This document shows positions 1 through 7,307 of a stretch of 20,698 bases of DNA, piece after piece. Position 1 is the stretch's first letter. Each line of letters opens with the position of its first letter. Position numbers and translations under genes: made by a program. Origin of the DNA: Burkholderiaceae bacterium (GTDB lineage: Bacteria > Pseudomonadota > Gammaproteobacteria > Burkholderiales > Burkholderiaceae_D); contig JBATWJ010000176.1 in the NCBI GenBank assembly GCA_049672545.1, forward strand, positions 1 through 20,698, in the 5' to 3' direction. The notes under the pieces are model-generated. The model searched no databases and was not told the DNA's origin. It saw only the letters and a list, made by a program, of their open reading frames with translations.

Positions 1-229
1 CGTCAACCGTGCCTGGGCGTTCAGACGTTTGTACAGCACCCGCGCCTGGCGCCCGGTTCGCCGCGCGCGCCCGCGTGTTCCTGCCCCACTGGATGTCCGC
101 CACCGCCGGGTCGATCTTGCCGTCGATCAGGCTGATGCGCCCGGCCTTGACCGCCTTGTGGACCGCTACCGCAGAGCAGCCGCGGCGCTTCGCGTATTCG
201 GCCTGAGTCAGCAAGTTAACTTTCGCCAC
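1..229 (-). CDS. HTH DNA-binding protein, small-terminase-subunit-like N-terminus (partial, runs off the window)
   Basis: Minus-strand frame is open to the window edge, so it is absent from the ORF track. GTG at 229-227 has a GGGG run upstream. Translation: VAKVNLLTQAEYAKRRGCSAVAVHKAVKAGRISLIDGKIDPAVADIQWGRNT... This is a helix-turn-helix N-terminus of the kind I associate with phage small terminase subunits. Its position after the replication module fits the start of a packaging module. The family call rests on motif memory only. Confidence 0.45.
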   Translation of the reverse strand, partial: MAKVNLLTQAEYAKRRGCSAVAVHKAVKAGRISLIDGKIDPAVADIQWGRNTRARAANRAPGAGAVQTSERPGTVD

Positions 230-344
230 CGTATTACCCCTATGATTAACTAATTCCCCGTCCACCCACTAGCGAAATCCCGCGATCGTTTCGTACCCGT
301 AGCGGCAAGGCGAGAGGAGGACCCGCATCCCGGGGCCGGGCTGG

Positions 345-911
345 TCATCGGCCGACCTCAAAGCGGCGCGCGTAGTACCGAGCTTCGCGCCCGAAGATTG
401 TCGGGAACCGCTGCTCGATCATCTCGATCACCTTTTTGTTGATGCGCCGGGTGTTGAACATCTGCGCGACGTCGATGGTCTGCACCGGCCGGATCGGCAG
501 CCGCTTCTTCCCTTCCCGCACGAACACGGTACGACCCTTGTTGCCGATGAAAGCGCTGCGGATCAGCTTGCGGCCGCCCTGCTTGCTGATCCTCACCGTG
601 ACGCCGGCATTGGTCTGGCGCGCGGCAAAGTGGATCAGGTTCAGGCTACGGCCGCGCTTGGTGGGCGACTCCAGCGCGGCTTCGACGTTGTAGCGGCCAT
701 TCTTGAAGCTGGCGCGAATGATGCGCAGGCTGTCGTTGACGGTTTTCACTGGCAGCACGAACTGCGAGCGGATTTCGCGGCTCATTGCGGTGCGCGCCTG
801 CTCCATGGTCCGGTTCATGGCGCGCGGCACAGCCAGGTCGGTCACTTCGCGCCGCAGATCGTTGATCTGGCGCTGGACGTCCGGGAAGTTGGTGCTGATG
901 CCTAGCTTCAT
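345..911 (-). CDS. Tail-completion-like protein, lambda gpZ (Minor_tail_Z) family
   Basis: Track ORF is 345..959. I start it at ATG 911-909 (MKLGISTNF), which has GGAG 7 nt upstream and an ATGA overlap with the upstream gene's stop at 908-910. The pattern DLAVPRAMNRT...RSAFIGNKGRTVFVREGKKRLPIRPVQTIDV parallels lambda gpZ (AVPGAAAMAINRV...PGAFIQQLKNGRWHVMQRVAGKNRYPIDVVK). Confidence 0.6.
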   Translation of the reverse strand: MKLGISTNFPDVQRQINDLRREVTDLAVPRAMNRTMEQARTAMSREIRSQFVLPVKTVNDSLRIIRASFKNGRYNVEAALESPTKRGRSLNLIHFAARQTNAGVTVRISKQGGRKLIRSAFIGNKGRTVFVREGKKRLPIRPVQTIDVAQMFNTRRINKKVIEMIEQRFPTIFGREARYYARRFEVGR

Positions 912-1204
912 TTCGATCTCCACAACTCGGCCACTGCAGCCCGGCCGCCACGCTTCCATGCCTCTCGTTCGGCCTGCACCTCTTGCCTGATCCGATCCTC
1001 TTCAGCCTGCCGGACCACCTCTTCCTCCGGCGGCACCAGCCGGATGCCGATCACGTGCCCGTTCTCGCTGGCGAAGAACGTCGGCTCGCCGCGCATGCTC
1101 TTGCGAATCTGCGCGTCGATCGCGTCGGCGCCGAAGGCTTCACGCAGCGAATCGATCCACGCGGCCGTCTCGGGCATTACAGCCCGCATCCCTTTTTTCG
1201 ACAT
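908..1204 (-). CDS. Hypothetical 98-aa protein
   Basis: This is the C-terminal part of track ORF 908..1519. Start is ATG 1204-1202 (MSKKGMRAVMPETAAW...) with GGAGG upstream. The N-terminal extension in the track is a read-through of the iteron array and is rejected. No family recognised. Confidence 0.6.
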   Translation of the reverse strand: MSKKGMRAVMPETAAWIDSLREAFGADAIDAQIRKSMRGEPTFFASENGHVIGIRLVPPEEEVVRQAEEDRIRQEVQAEREAWKRGGRAAVAELWRSK

Positions 1205-1225
1205 GGCGCCTCCGTTTTTTTGCTG

Positions 1226-1500
1226 TGCAGGGTTATGCAGGGTTGATTGATAACCCTGCATGCCCAAAACCCTTACTGCATAAGGCTCTATGCAGGGTAT
1301 GCAGGGTATGCAGGGTGGTGCGGTTAACACGCGAGAGAATTTTTTTATGGCATTGCTGGAACGATATGCACGCTGTGAATTGAAACTCTCACGTATGCGC
1401 GCGCGGCATACCCTGCATACCCTGCATACCCTGCATGAACCCGCGCCGGCATTGGCTTTCCGGCCTGCAGGGTTGCCCTGGAACCCTGCATAACCCTGCA
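1226..1500. repeat. Iteron array (12 x TGCAGGGT) around an AT-rich core; putative replication origin
   Basis: Forward TGCAGGGT copies at 1226, 1236, 1291, 1300, 1309 and 1466. Reverse ACCCTGCA copies at 1253, 1410, 1419, 1428, 1483 and 1493. Three contiguous 9-mers (ATGCAGGGT) at 1290-1316 are mirrored by three at 1410-1436. The AT-rich stretch gagaatttttttatggcattgctggaacgatatgcacgctgtgaattgaaactctc lies between them. The array sits in the 311-bp non-coding gap directly downstream of the primase-helicase gene. Confidence 0.7.
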
Positions 1501-1515
1501 TGGAACTTCCCGAAT

Positions 1516-4143
1516 TCATGCGAGCCCCTTCAATCCGGACAGATCACGGAAGCGGTCACACTGCCTGCTGAGTGATTCTTCTGGCTTCGTCTCGTCATCC
1601 CATGGAACGATAAACACCGTGCGCTGCTTTTTCGGTTTGCTGCCGAGCGTTACCTCGCGCCGAAATTTCGGCACACGCTGCGCGATCAACTCCGAGAACT
1701 TCGTTATCGACAGCGCCCGGAACCCGTGGCGCTGGCAATACTTCGTGTAGACCATGTGCAGGTCTTCCGACACGCAGCAGCAGTACGGCGCATCCAGTTC
1801 GCCTTGAGACCACGCGGTATAGAACACCTCCCATTCGGGCAGGCCGAAGTTGATGACGCGCTGTTTCGATTCGGTCATCACCGGCCAGGCGTAGGGATCG
1901 AAGTCCCCGGTCGGATATTCCAGCAGGAAGGCATAGAACGCCTCCACCAGGCCATCGCCAAGCGCCGCCTTGATCTGTTCCAGTAGCTGCGGATCGAGCG
2001 GCTGGCGCACATCCACCACCAGCATGCGGCGGTCGTCTTTCTCCAGCGGTAGCGCCTGGAACTCGTTCGACAGCATCACCGCGTTCATGTGGTTCGCCTC
2101 GACGCGGTCGTCCTTGAACTTCTGGCTGATCTGCGTATCGCGGCCGGTGATCATGTGCTTCACCAGGCCGAACCCGGCATACTTGTCCTGCCGCGACAGG
2201 ATTTCCTCGAACAGCACGAACAGCTTTTGCGAGCGCCAGACCGTGTAGTTGCTTTCCAGCTGATTCTGCCCGCCGGTGGCGCCGTGAACGCCATAGATCG
2301 GCTTGACGATCCCCTCGAAGAACAGCGATTTCCCGGTGCCCTGCTTCTCACCGAAGAACAGCAGCGCGGTCTGCATCTTCGCGCCCGGATGTTGGAGCGG
2401 ATACGCCAGCCAGCACAACACCCACTCGAACACTTCCTTGCCGTTCGGCTCCGAAGAACACAAGCTCCACAGCAGGTTCAGCGCCAGCTCCGCCTTCACC
2501 TCGTCGCGCCGTGGCGTCAACGGGAAGCCTTCAAACATGTTGATATGCGTGGCCGGGTCTACGCGTTGCGTCGGATCGAAAACCAGCTTGTCGTAGTCGT
2601 ATTCCCGATGCAGCGGATGACTCAGCCAGCGCGCTGCCAGATCGCCGCCGCGCGCCAGCGCCAGCGCGTCGTAGTGGATCGTGATGCGTTTCTCGAAATC
2701 CCATACCAGCTTCGTTCCATACAGCATCGCGTACCGATCCAGCATGCCGGCCAGCGCCTCGTCCCCCGCCCCCCCGGCATCGGTGGCGACGCCGCGCGAC
2801 AGCTTCGGTAGCGCGCGCGGGCTGATCGTGCGGCGGTCAGCGTGCGCGTCCCAAAAGCGGGCCGACTCCTTGCCGACCATCGCGAGGAAGGCCGGCCGCT
2901 TCATCCGCAGCTTGTTGAGCGAATCCCAAACGTCCGTCGTGCCCTGGATCAAAGCGCAATGCGCCAGCGCCCATTCCAGCGACACGTACCCCATAACCAC
3001 CGGCGCCACACCCGCATCAGGGGGCGCGGGGGATGCTGTGCCGGCGGCGTCATCAATCGACGGTGCATCGACCCAGGGCGGCAGCTGCGCAACCGAGCCT
3101 GCATCAGAGGGCGCGGGAGATTCCACAATGGCCGCCGCGTCAGCTGCCGGCGAGGCCATCAGCTGCGCGCGCACGGCATCCAGCGACTCATGCACGTGCA
3201 GATCGTTGAAGTCGGTCAACTGCGGCAGCGAATCGTCCTTTTTCGTCGCGCGCCGCGGCACCGAAAACACCGGCAGCAGCACCACCGCATTACCGACCGC
3301 GGCAGCGGCTTCCTGCGCCTTCGCCAGCCCCTTGCCGCCGGTCAGATAGTCATCGTCCGCGCAGAAGCGGAACGGGCTGCTCGGATACAGTGCGCGGACG
3401 ATGCGCGCCACCGCCGGCAGCTGGCCGGCATCGAACGCGACGAACACCACCCGGCCACCGGCCGCGCGCACCGACAGCCCGGTGGCATAGCCCTCCACGA
3501 AATCGATGGGCTCGCCATCCGCCGGCGCCGGACCGAGCCGGCAGGCCGCGCCGGACTTGTCCATGCCGGCGCTGTAGCGCTTCTTGCCATCGGCGGCGAT
3601 CAGCTGCTTTCCGACCAGCCGCGCCGGCTCCTCGTCGTAGCGCAACATCGGGATCAGAATCGAGCCGTCCGGCTGGTAGCGGCAGTTTTCGCCAACCACC
3701 TGTTTTCGCACCAGATACGCCGACTCACCGCCACGCGCCGCCCGCCGCCATTGCTCCTGCGCGCGGTTCGCCGCTGCCCGGGCGCGACGCTCCCGCTCGG
3801 CAGACTCTTCAGCCTCGCGTTTCTCACGTTCACGCTGGCGCGCCGCCAATTCCGCCGGCGACGGCAACTCGCCCGGCTTGTCGAAGCGGAAGCCGCGCGG
3901 CTTCGCCAGCGCAAACAGCGTACCGATCCCGACCTTGCCGCCTGCCTTGAACGACTTCCAGACGGCGACCGCGTCATCCGCGTTGTAACTGGCGCCGCGT
4001 TCGCTCCACTCCATCCAGGCTCCGCGGGCATCGTCGCCGAACTCGGCCTTCAGCCCCATCCCGACCTTGATCCATACGTCCCGGTCGTCCGGCGCCACGA
4101 AAGCGAGCGCCTGCCGCGCCTCCTCCAACGTCGCCTGCCTCAT
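1516..4143 (-). CDS. Phage/plasmid primase-helicase, P4 alpha-like (PriCT-2 + Toprim + SF3 helicase)
   Basis: 875 aa. N-terminal PriCT-2-like motif (WIKVGMGLKAEFGD..WMEWSERGASYN..WKSF..GIGTLFALAK). Central Toprim-like segment (VEGYATGLSV..VFVAFDAGQL..FCADDD). C-terminal helicase has Walker A FFGEKQGTGKSLF and a Walker B-like LFVLFEE. The long opposite-strand ORFs here are shadows. Confidence 0.9.
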   Translation of the reverse strand: MRQATLEEARQALAFVAPDDRDVWIKVGMGLKAEFGDDARGAWMEWSERGASYNADDAVAVWKSFKAGGKVGIGTLFALAKPRGFRFDKPGELPSPAELAARQREREKREAEESAERERRARAAANRAQEQWRRAARGGESAYLVRKQVVGENCRYQPDGSILIPMLRYDEEPARLVGKQLIAADGKKRYSAGMDKSGAACRLGPAPADGEPIDFVEGYATGLSVRAAGGRVVFVAFDAGQLPAVARIVRALYPSSPFRFCADDDYLTGGKGLAKAQEAAAAVGNAVVLLPVFSVPRRATKKDDSLPQLTDFNDLHVHESLDAVRAQLMASPAADAAAIVESPAPSDAGSVAQLPPWVDAPSIDDAAGTASPAPPDAGVAPVVMGYVSLEWALAHCALIQGTTDVWDSLNKLRMKRPAFLAMVGKESARFWDAHADRRTISPRALPKLSRGVATDAGGAGDEALAGMLDRYAMLYGTKLVWDFEKRITIHYDALALARGGDLAARWLSHPLHREYDYDKLVFDPTQRVDPATHINMFEGFPLTPRRDEVKAELALNLLWSLCSSEPNGKEVFEWVLCWLAYPLQHPGAKMQTALLFFGEKQGTGKSLFFEGIVKPIYGVHGATGGQNQLESNYTVWRSQKLFVLFEEILSRQDKYAGFGLVKHMITGRDTQISQKFKDDRVEANHMNAVMLSNEFQALPLEKDDRRMLVVDVRQPLDPQLLEQIKAALGDGLVEAFYAFLLEYPTGDFDPYAWPVMTESKQRVINFGLPEWEVFYTAWSQGELDAPYCCCVSEDLHMVYTKYCQRHGFRALSITKFSELIAQRVPKFRREVTLGSKPKKQRTVFIVPWDDETKPEESLSRQCDRFRDLSGLKGLA

Positions 4144-4319
4144 GCGTCATAAGCTCCATGCCAGTACGGCACCCGCTGCCCACCCATCAGCGATGGCGTC
4201 ATGCGGTAGTCGAAAGCGCCGGGACGCGCCGGCATCGCCGCGTAGAAGCGGCGCAGGTCCAGCTCCGCAGGAGGAATCGATGGCGGCGGCGAAGCCGGCT
4301 TTTTCTTCGAGCGGGTCAT
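4140..4319 (-). CDS. Hypothetical 59-aa protein, translationally coupled on both sides
   Basis: MTRSKKKPASPPPSIPPAELDLRRFYAAMPARPGAFDYRMTPSLMGGQRVPYWHGAYDA. Its ATG (4319-4317) overlaps the CII-like stop (ATGA), and its stop (4142-4140) overlaps the primase ATG 4143-4141 (ATGA). It is the only believable part of track ORF 4140..4886. Confidence 0.45.
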   Translation of the reverse strand: MTRSKKKPASPPPSIPPAELDLRRFYAAMPARPGAFDYRMTPSLMGGQRVPYWHGAYDA

Positions 4320-4801
4320 GCCGATTCGCCCGTACCCATCACGCGCGCGCGCAATTCGCACAGCGCCGCCATCGCCTCCTGCATTTCCTTCTCCAGCGCA
4401 TCCAGCACCGCCGGCGGCGGGCGATGGCCGCCGATCGCCTGCGGCACCGCCGTCATCACGTCGCCGAATTCCTTGACCGCGCGCAGCATCGATTGCGCCA
4501 GCGATTCGTCCGACAGATGCGACACGTCCGGCATTTCGAACGCGATCAGGCCGTGGCGCCAGTTCTTCGCGATCAGCGCGCGGCGCGCGTCCGGAACCTT
4601 GGCCTCTTGGCTGTATTCGATGATCAGCGAATCCTCTTCGTCGCTGATGTGATGCGTCGTGATGCTCGGCGCCAGCTTGTTGCGCAGCACGTTGACCGAC
4701 ATCCCCATACGGCGCGCCAGCATCTCGATACCACCGGGATAGGCTCGCGCCAGGTTGTAGCGGGCATCGTGCTGATTCATTTCGGTGTAACGCAGGGTCA
4801 C
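4316..4801 (-). CDS. Phage regulatory protein, coliphage 186 CII-like (CP76 family)
   Basis: 161 aa. GTG start at 4801 has GAGGAG 6 nt upstream. LARRMGMSVNVLRNKLAPSITTHHISDEEDSLIIEYSQE aligns by eye with 186 CII LAERAGMNVQTLRNKLNPEQPHQFTPPELWLLTDLTED. The overlapping 248-aa frame is Arg/Gly/Ala-rich shadow. Confidence 0.7.
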   Translation of the reverse strand: MTLRYTEMNQHDARYNLARAYPGGIEMLARRMGMSVNVLRNKLAPSITTHHISDEEDSLIIEYSQEAKVPDARRALIAKNWRHGLIAFEMPDVSHLSDESLAQSMLRAVKEFGDVMTAVPQAIGGHRPPPAVLDALEKEMQEAMAALCELRARVMGTGESA

Positions 4802-4828
4802 GGCGATCTCCTCGATTTATTACCGATG

Positions 4829-4847
4829 CGCAAGATGTTGTCTTGCG
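4829..4847. repeat. Perfect 7-bp inverted repeat CGCAAGA-tgttg-TCTTGCG in a divergent intergenic region
   Basis: Read directly from the sequence. It lies between the CII-like start (4801, minus) and the 73-aa ORF start (4937, plus). No U-tract on either strand, so a protein-binding site is more likely than a terminator. Function unknown. Confidence 0.3.
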
Positions 4848-4936
4848 AATACTCTTGCTTTTCATGCAAATAGGCGGGGGTTCCAAGGTGATACATTGCA
4901 GATTCCACTCAACAACTTTTCAGCGAAGGAACCCCC

Positions 4937-5158
4937 ATGAAACTGAAAACCATTACCTTGGGCGAGCTCAAGAGCAAACTGCAGTGGGTACTGGCGCTTC
5001 CCGACGACACGGAAATCACGTTTGGCGGCGGCGACTTGAGTTTTTTCACTGCGAAGACCTCGCTCTACGATGCGGCCGACCAACCCAAGATCGTGCAGCT
5101 CCGATTCAACGAGATCTACAAAGTCGTCATCGACCCGGATTCGGATTCCGCCGCATAA
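4937..5158 (+). CDS. Hypothetical 73-aa protein, oriented against the surrounding leftward operon
   Basis: ATG is preceded by AAGGAA. G/C-rich third codon positions in this frame. MKLKTITLGELKSKLQWVLALPDDTEITFGGGDLSFFTAK... No family recognised. Confidence 0.55.
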   Translation: MKLKTITLGELKSKLQWVLALPDDTEITFGGGDLSFFTAKTSLYDAADQPKIVQLRFNEIYKVVIDPDSDSAA

Positions 5159-5406
5159 GCCCGTTCGGCTTGTCCGCGTCGCCGCAGGATTTCCTGCAGC
5201 GGCAGCCGGCGTGCCCATCCATCCAGCATGGTCCCGAGCGATCCGATCGGCCGCGGGAAATACGATTCCATCGGCGCTCTGTCCGGGACGATGGCGGCCG
5301 ACGGGTGGAATACCGACCAGCTGTAGGCCCCCTTTTCTATCTTGATCACCACCGTGCAGCCTTCGCGTGGGTACTCGTCGGTGCGGTAGATCGCATCAAT
5401 GCTCAT
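5116..5406 (-). CDS. Hypothetical 96-aa protein
   Basis: Track ORF is 5116..5424. I start it at ATG 5406-5404 (MSIDAIYRTDEYPREGC...), with AAGAGG 6 nt upstream. Good GC3. Its 3' end overlaps the convergent 73-aa ORF by 43 nt. Confidence 0.55.
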   Translation of the reverse strand: MSIDAIYRTDEYPREGCTVVIKIEKGAYSWSVFHPSAAIVPDRAPMESYFPRPIGSLGTMLDGWARRLPLQEILRRRGQAERAYAAESESGSMTTL

Positions 5407-5474
5407 GGGCAACCTCTTTGACAAAAATCAATGATGAAAAATTGGGCAAAAAAAGAGAGGCACTCCGGCGCGGA

Positions 5475-5699
5475 TCATTTACGCGCTCCACGCAGGTATG
5501 CCCAGTACTCCGCCATATCCGGACGGAGCTCTTCGCAGGTCACGGCGGAGTTGGTGGCCTGCTCGATCTGGACGCAGCGAGACAGTGGAATCTTGCGCAC
5601 ACCGCGCGCCCATTGGCTGATCAGCGCCGACGGGACGGATAGCACCTTTGCTAGCGCCGCTTGGGCGCCGCTTGGCTTTACGTAGTCGAGTAGTTGCAT
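5475..5699 (-). CDS. Cro / YdaS-like HTH regulator (74 aa)
   Basis: MQLLDYVKPSGAQAALAKVLSVPSALISQWARGVRKIPLSRCVQIEQATNSAVTCEELRPD matches the Cro/YdaS-type pattern (..lgvs.qaVSqW..g.r.iP..r...IE.aT.G.Vt.eeLRPD). It is divergent from the CI-like gene across an operator-containing gap. The longer track start (5786) would cover all the operators and is rejected. Confidence 0.75.
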   Translation of the reverse strand: MQLLDYVKPSGAQAALAKVLSVPSALISQWARGVRKIPLSRCVQIEQATNSAVTCEELRPDMAEYWAYLRGARK

Positions 5700-5706
5700 G
5701 CGCTCA

Positions 5707-5776
5707 ATTATTAGCGATACGCTAAAAAAGAGCAATAGCGTAACGCGAATTCCCAATTTTAGCGTTTTGCTATTGA
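5707..5776. promoter_or_regulatory. OR-like switch region: three operators TAGCG-N3-CGCTA plus divergent promoters
   Basis: O1 is TTAGCGATACGCTAA at 5711-5725, a perfect palindrome. O2 is TAGCGTAACGCGA at 5736-5748. O3 is TAGCGTTTTGCTA at 5760-5772. Their centres are 24 bp apart. Leftward promoter on the minus strand: TTGCTC (5735-5730), 17 nt, AATAAT (5712-5707), overlapped by O1. Weak rightward promoter: -10 TATTGA at 5771-5776, overlapped by O3, with a poor -35 abutting O2. Confidence 0.7.
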
Positions 5777-5784
5777 ATGGCGGC

Positions 5785-6522
5785 ATGTTCCTGACAGTCG
5801 AAGATGTTCGCCGCAGACGCCTTGCTCAACTGGTTGCCAAGTTCGGGGGAGTTAGCGCTCTTGCGTCCAAGATCGAAAAAAGCCCTGCTCAAGTGAGTCA
5901 ATGGCTGAATGCGTCGCCCGATTCCCGCACCGGAAAGCCCAGAGGAATGCGACCTGGCACGTGTCGTCAAATCGAAGAGATATGCGGCGAGCCGCCAGGA
6001 TGGATGGATCGGCCCGACGAAGATGTTGGAGCTGCCGCGGTCATGCAAAACGAACGCGGCGGCCTTTACGATATGAACGTGCGCGCCGCGACAATCGGCG
6101 CGCGCACCATTCCCGTAATTTCAGCTGTGCAAGCAGGGAACCTGCAAGAGATCGCCGACCCATACCCACCGGGCGCCGGCTTCGCGGTCGAATTTATCGA
6201 CGATCAAAGCGGGTATTCGCGCTGGGCCTTCGCACTGGAAATCGACGGGCTTTCAATGCTGCCAGAGTTCCACCCCGGCGACCGCATCATCGTCGACCCG
6301 GAGGTAGCGCCGGCCCCGGGAGATTTCGTGGTGGCCCGCAACACGCACGAGGAAGCGACGTTTAAAAAATATCGACCGCGCGGGATGGATCAGAATGGCA
6401 ACATGATTTTCGAACTCGTCCCGCTGAACCCTGACTACCCGACTATGCGCAGCGACGTGGAGCACCTGGAGATTATTGGGGTCATGGTGGAACACCGGAA
6501 AAAACGGCGACCGAGGCGCTAA
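5785..6522 (+). CDS. CI-like repressor, HTH + S24 (LexA-type) autopeptidase domain
   Basis: Track ORF is 5698..6522. I start it at ATG 5785 (MFLTVEDVRRRRLAQLV...) so that the operators stay non-coding. The N-terminal HTH (SALASKIEKSPAQVSQWLN) resembles the phage CI repressor domain. The C-terminal part carries the S24 signatures GLSMLPEF (catalytic Ser) and ATFKKY (Lys). Confidence 0.85.
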   Translation: MFLTVEDVRRRRLAQLVAKFGGVSALASKIEKSPAQVSQWLNASPDSRTGKPRGMRPGTCRQIEEICGEPPGWMDRPDEDVGAAAVMQNERGGLYDMNVRAATIGARTIPVISAVQAGNLQEIADPYPPGAGFAVEFIDDQSGYSRWAFALEIDGLSMLPEFHPGDRIIVDPEVAPAPGDFVVARNTHEEATFKKYRPRGMDQNGNMIFELVPLNPDYPTMRSDVEHLEIIGVMVEHRKKRRPRR

Positions 6523-6554
6523 CCTATGCAAAGCCACATACCTGGGGAGGAATC

Positions 6555-7271
6555 ATGAAACAGATGCTCTTGCTTGCAATCGTCACAACACTCCTTATCG
6601 GATGTAGCGACCCCCGTGCGACCATGCTTTCCACCGCAGACGCCGATAAAGAAAAAATGCAGACGGCTATGCAGAAAATAACCGAAGAGGAGCGCACTCT
6701 GGTAGCTGGCTACATGATGCGTACCATGTTGGCGAACGCCTTTGCCGGCAAGACCGACACCCCTCTCGGCGTAACTATTGGTGATGCGATCAAGAAGCAG
6801 AGGGAATGGCTGTCGGCCGAAAAAAAGCGAGATGCCGAGGAAGCCGCGCTCAAGGCCAAGCTGGCGGCCGAAGAAGAGGCGTTCCAGCAACAAGTAAACG
6901 GTGCCGTAGCAGTCACGGTGCTCGAAAAAACGCTGCTACCAGAAAATTTCGATCGCCGCCGCTACTCCGCGGTGCAGGTGATCAAGCTAGGGTTTGAAAA
7001 CAAGAGCGAAAAGGACATCGCTGGCATTTCCGGCGAAGTGGCCTTTTACGACATCTTTGACAAGGAAGTCGGCAGCATCATTTTCTCTTACGACGACGGC
7101 ATCAAGGCAGGCTCTACAGCGAGTTGGACTGGTGAGCGTAAGTTCAACGAATTCTTACGCGAGCATAAGGCGCTGGCCAACTTGGAGGAAGGGAAATACA
7201 CGACCCGCTTCAAGCCAGATACGATCGTTTTTTCCGACGGAACCAAGCTAAAAGCCACGCGCAAGGATTAA
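6555..7271 (+). CDS. Prophage lipoprotein (238 aa), candidate lysogenic-conversion / exclusion factor
   Basis: GGGGAGG RBS. Signal peptide with lipobox MKQMLLLAIVTTLLIG|CSD. A charged coiled segment (EKKRDAEEAALKAKLAAEEEAFQQQ) is followed by a beta-rich C-terminal domain. It lies 32 nt downstream of cI on the same strand with no visible terminator between them. Visibly lower G+C than its neighbours. Confidence 0.8.
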   Translation: MKQMLLLAIVTTLLIGCSDPRATMLSTADADKEKMQTAMQKITEEERTLVAGYMMRTMLANAFAGKTDTPLGVTIGDAIKKQREWLSAEKKRDAEEAALKAKLAAEEEAFQQQVNGAVAVTVLEKTLLPENFDRRRYSAVQVIKLGFENKSEKDIAGISGEVAFYDIFDKEVGSIIFSYDDGIKAGSTASWTGERKFNEFLREHKALANLEEGKYTTRFKPDTIVFSDGTKLKATRKD

Positions 7272-7307
7272 CCCCTTCCCAACCCGCATCCCGGTAGCTA
7301 TAACCAA

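Noticed and set aside
1290-1436. Tandem 9-bp repeats considered as a CRISPR array or VNTR
   Set aside because: The repeats are contiguous with no spacers, only 9 bp long and mirrored in inverted orientation. That is the architecture of an iteron array, not a CRISPR array.
1205-1519. N-terminal extension of ORF 908..1519 and ORF 1290..1493 (MQGMQGMQG...; ...HTLHTLHTLH...)
   Set aside because: The periodic peptide repeats are simply translations of the tandem 9-bp iterons. The real gene starts at 1204 with a GGAGG RBS.
2089-4152. Long plus-strand ORFs (240, 222 and 436 aa) opposite the primase-helicase
   Set aside because: The minus-strand frame carries the PriCT-2, Toprim and Walker A motifs. 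The plus-strand products are low-complexity Arg/Pro/Ala-rich shadows.
4140-4886. 248-aa minus-strand ORF as a single gene
   Set aside because: It overlaps out of frame with the 186 CII-like gene, which has clear homology and an RBS. Only the last 59 codons, downstream of the CII stop, are kept as a possible gene.
5407-5474. Possible tR1-like terminator after cro (T7 run on the minus strand)
   Set aside because: Only a 4-bp stem (TCCG-cgc-CGGA) precedes the T-run, and it is 9 nt away from it. That is too weak to call from sequence alone.
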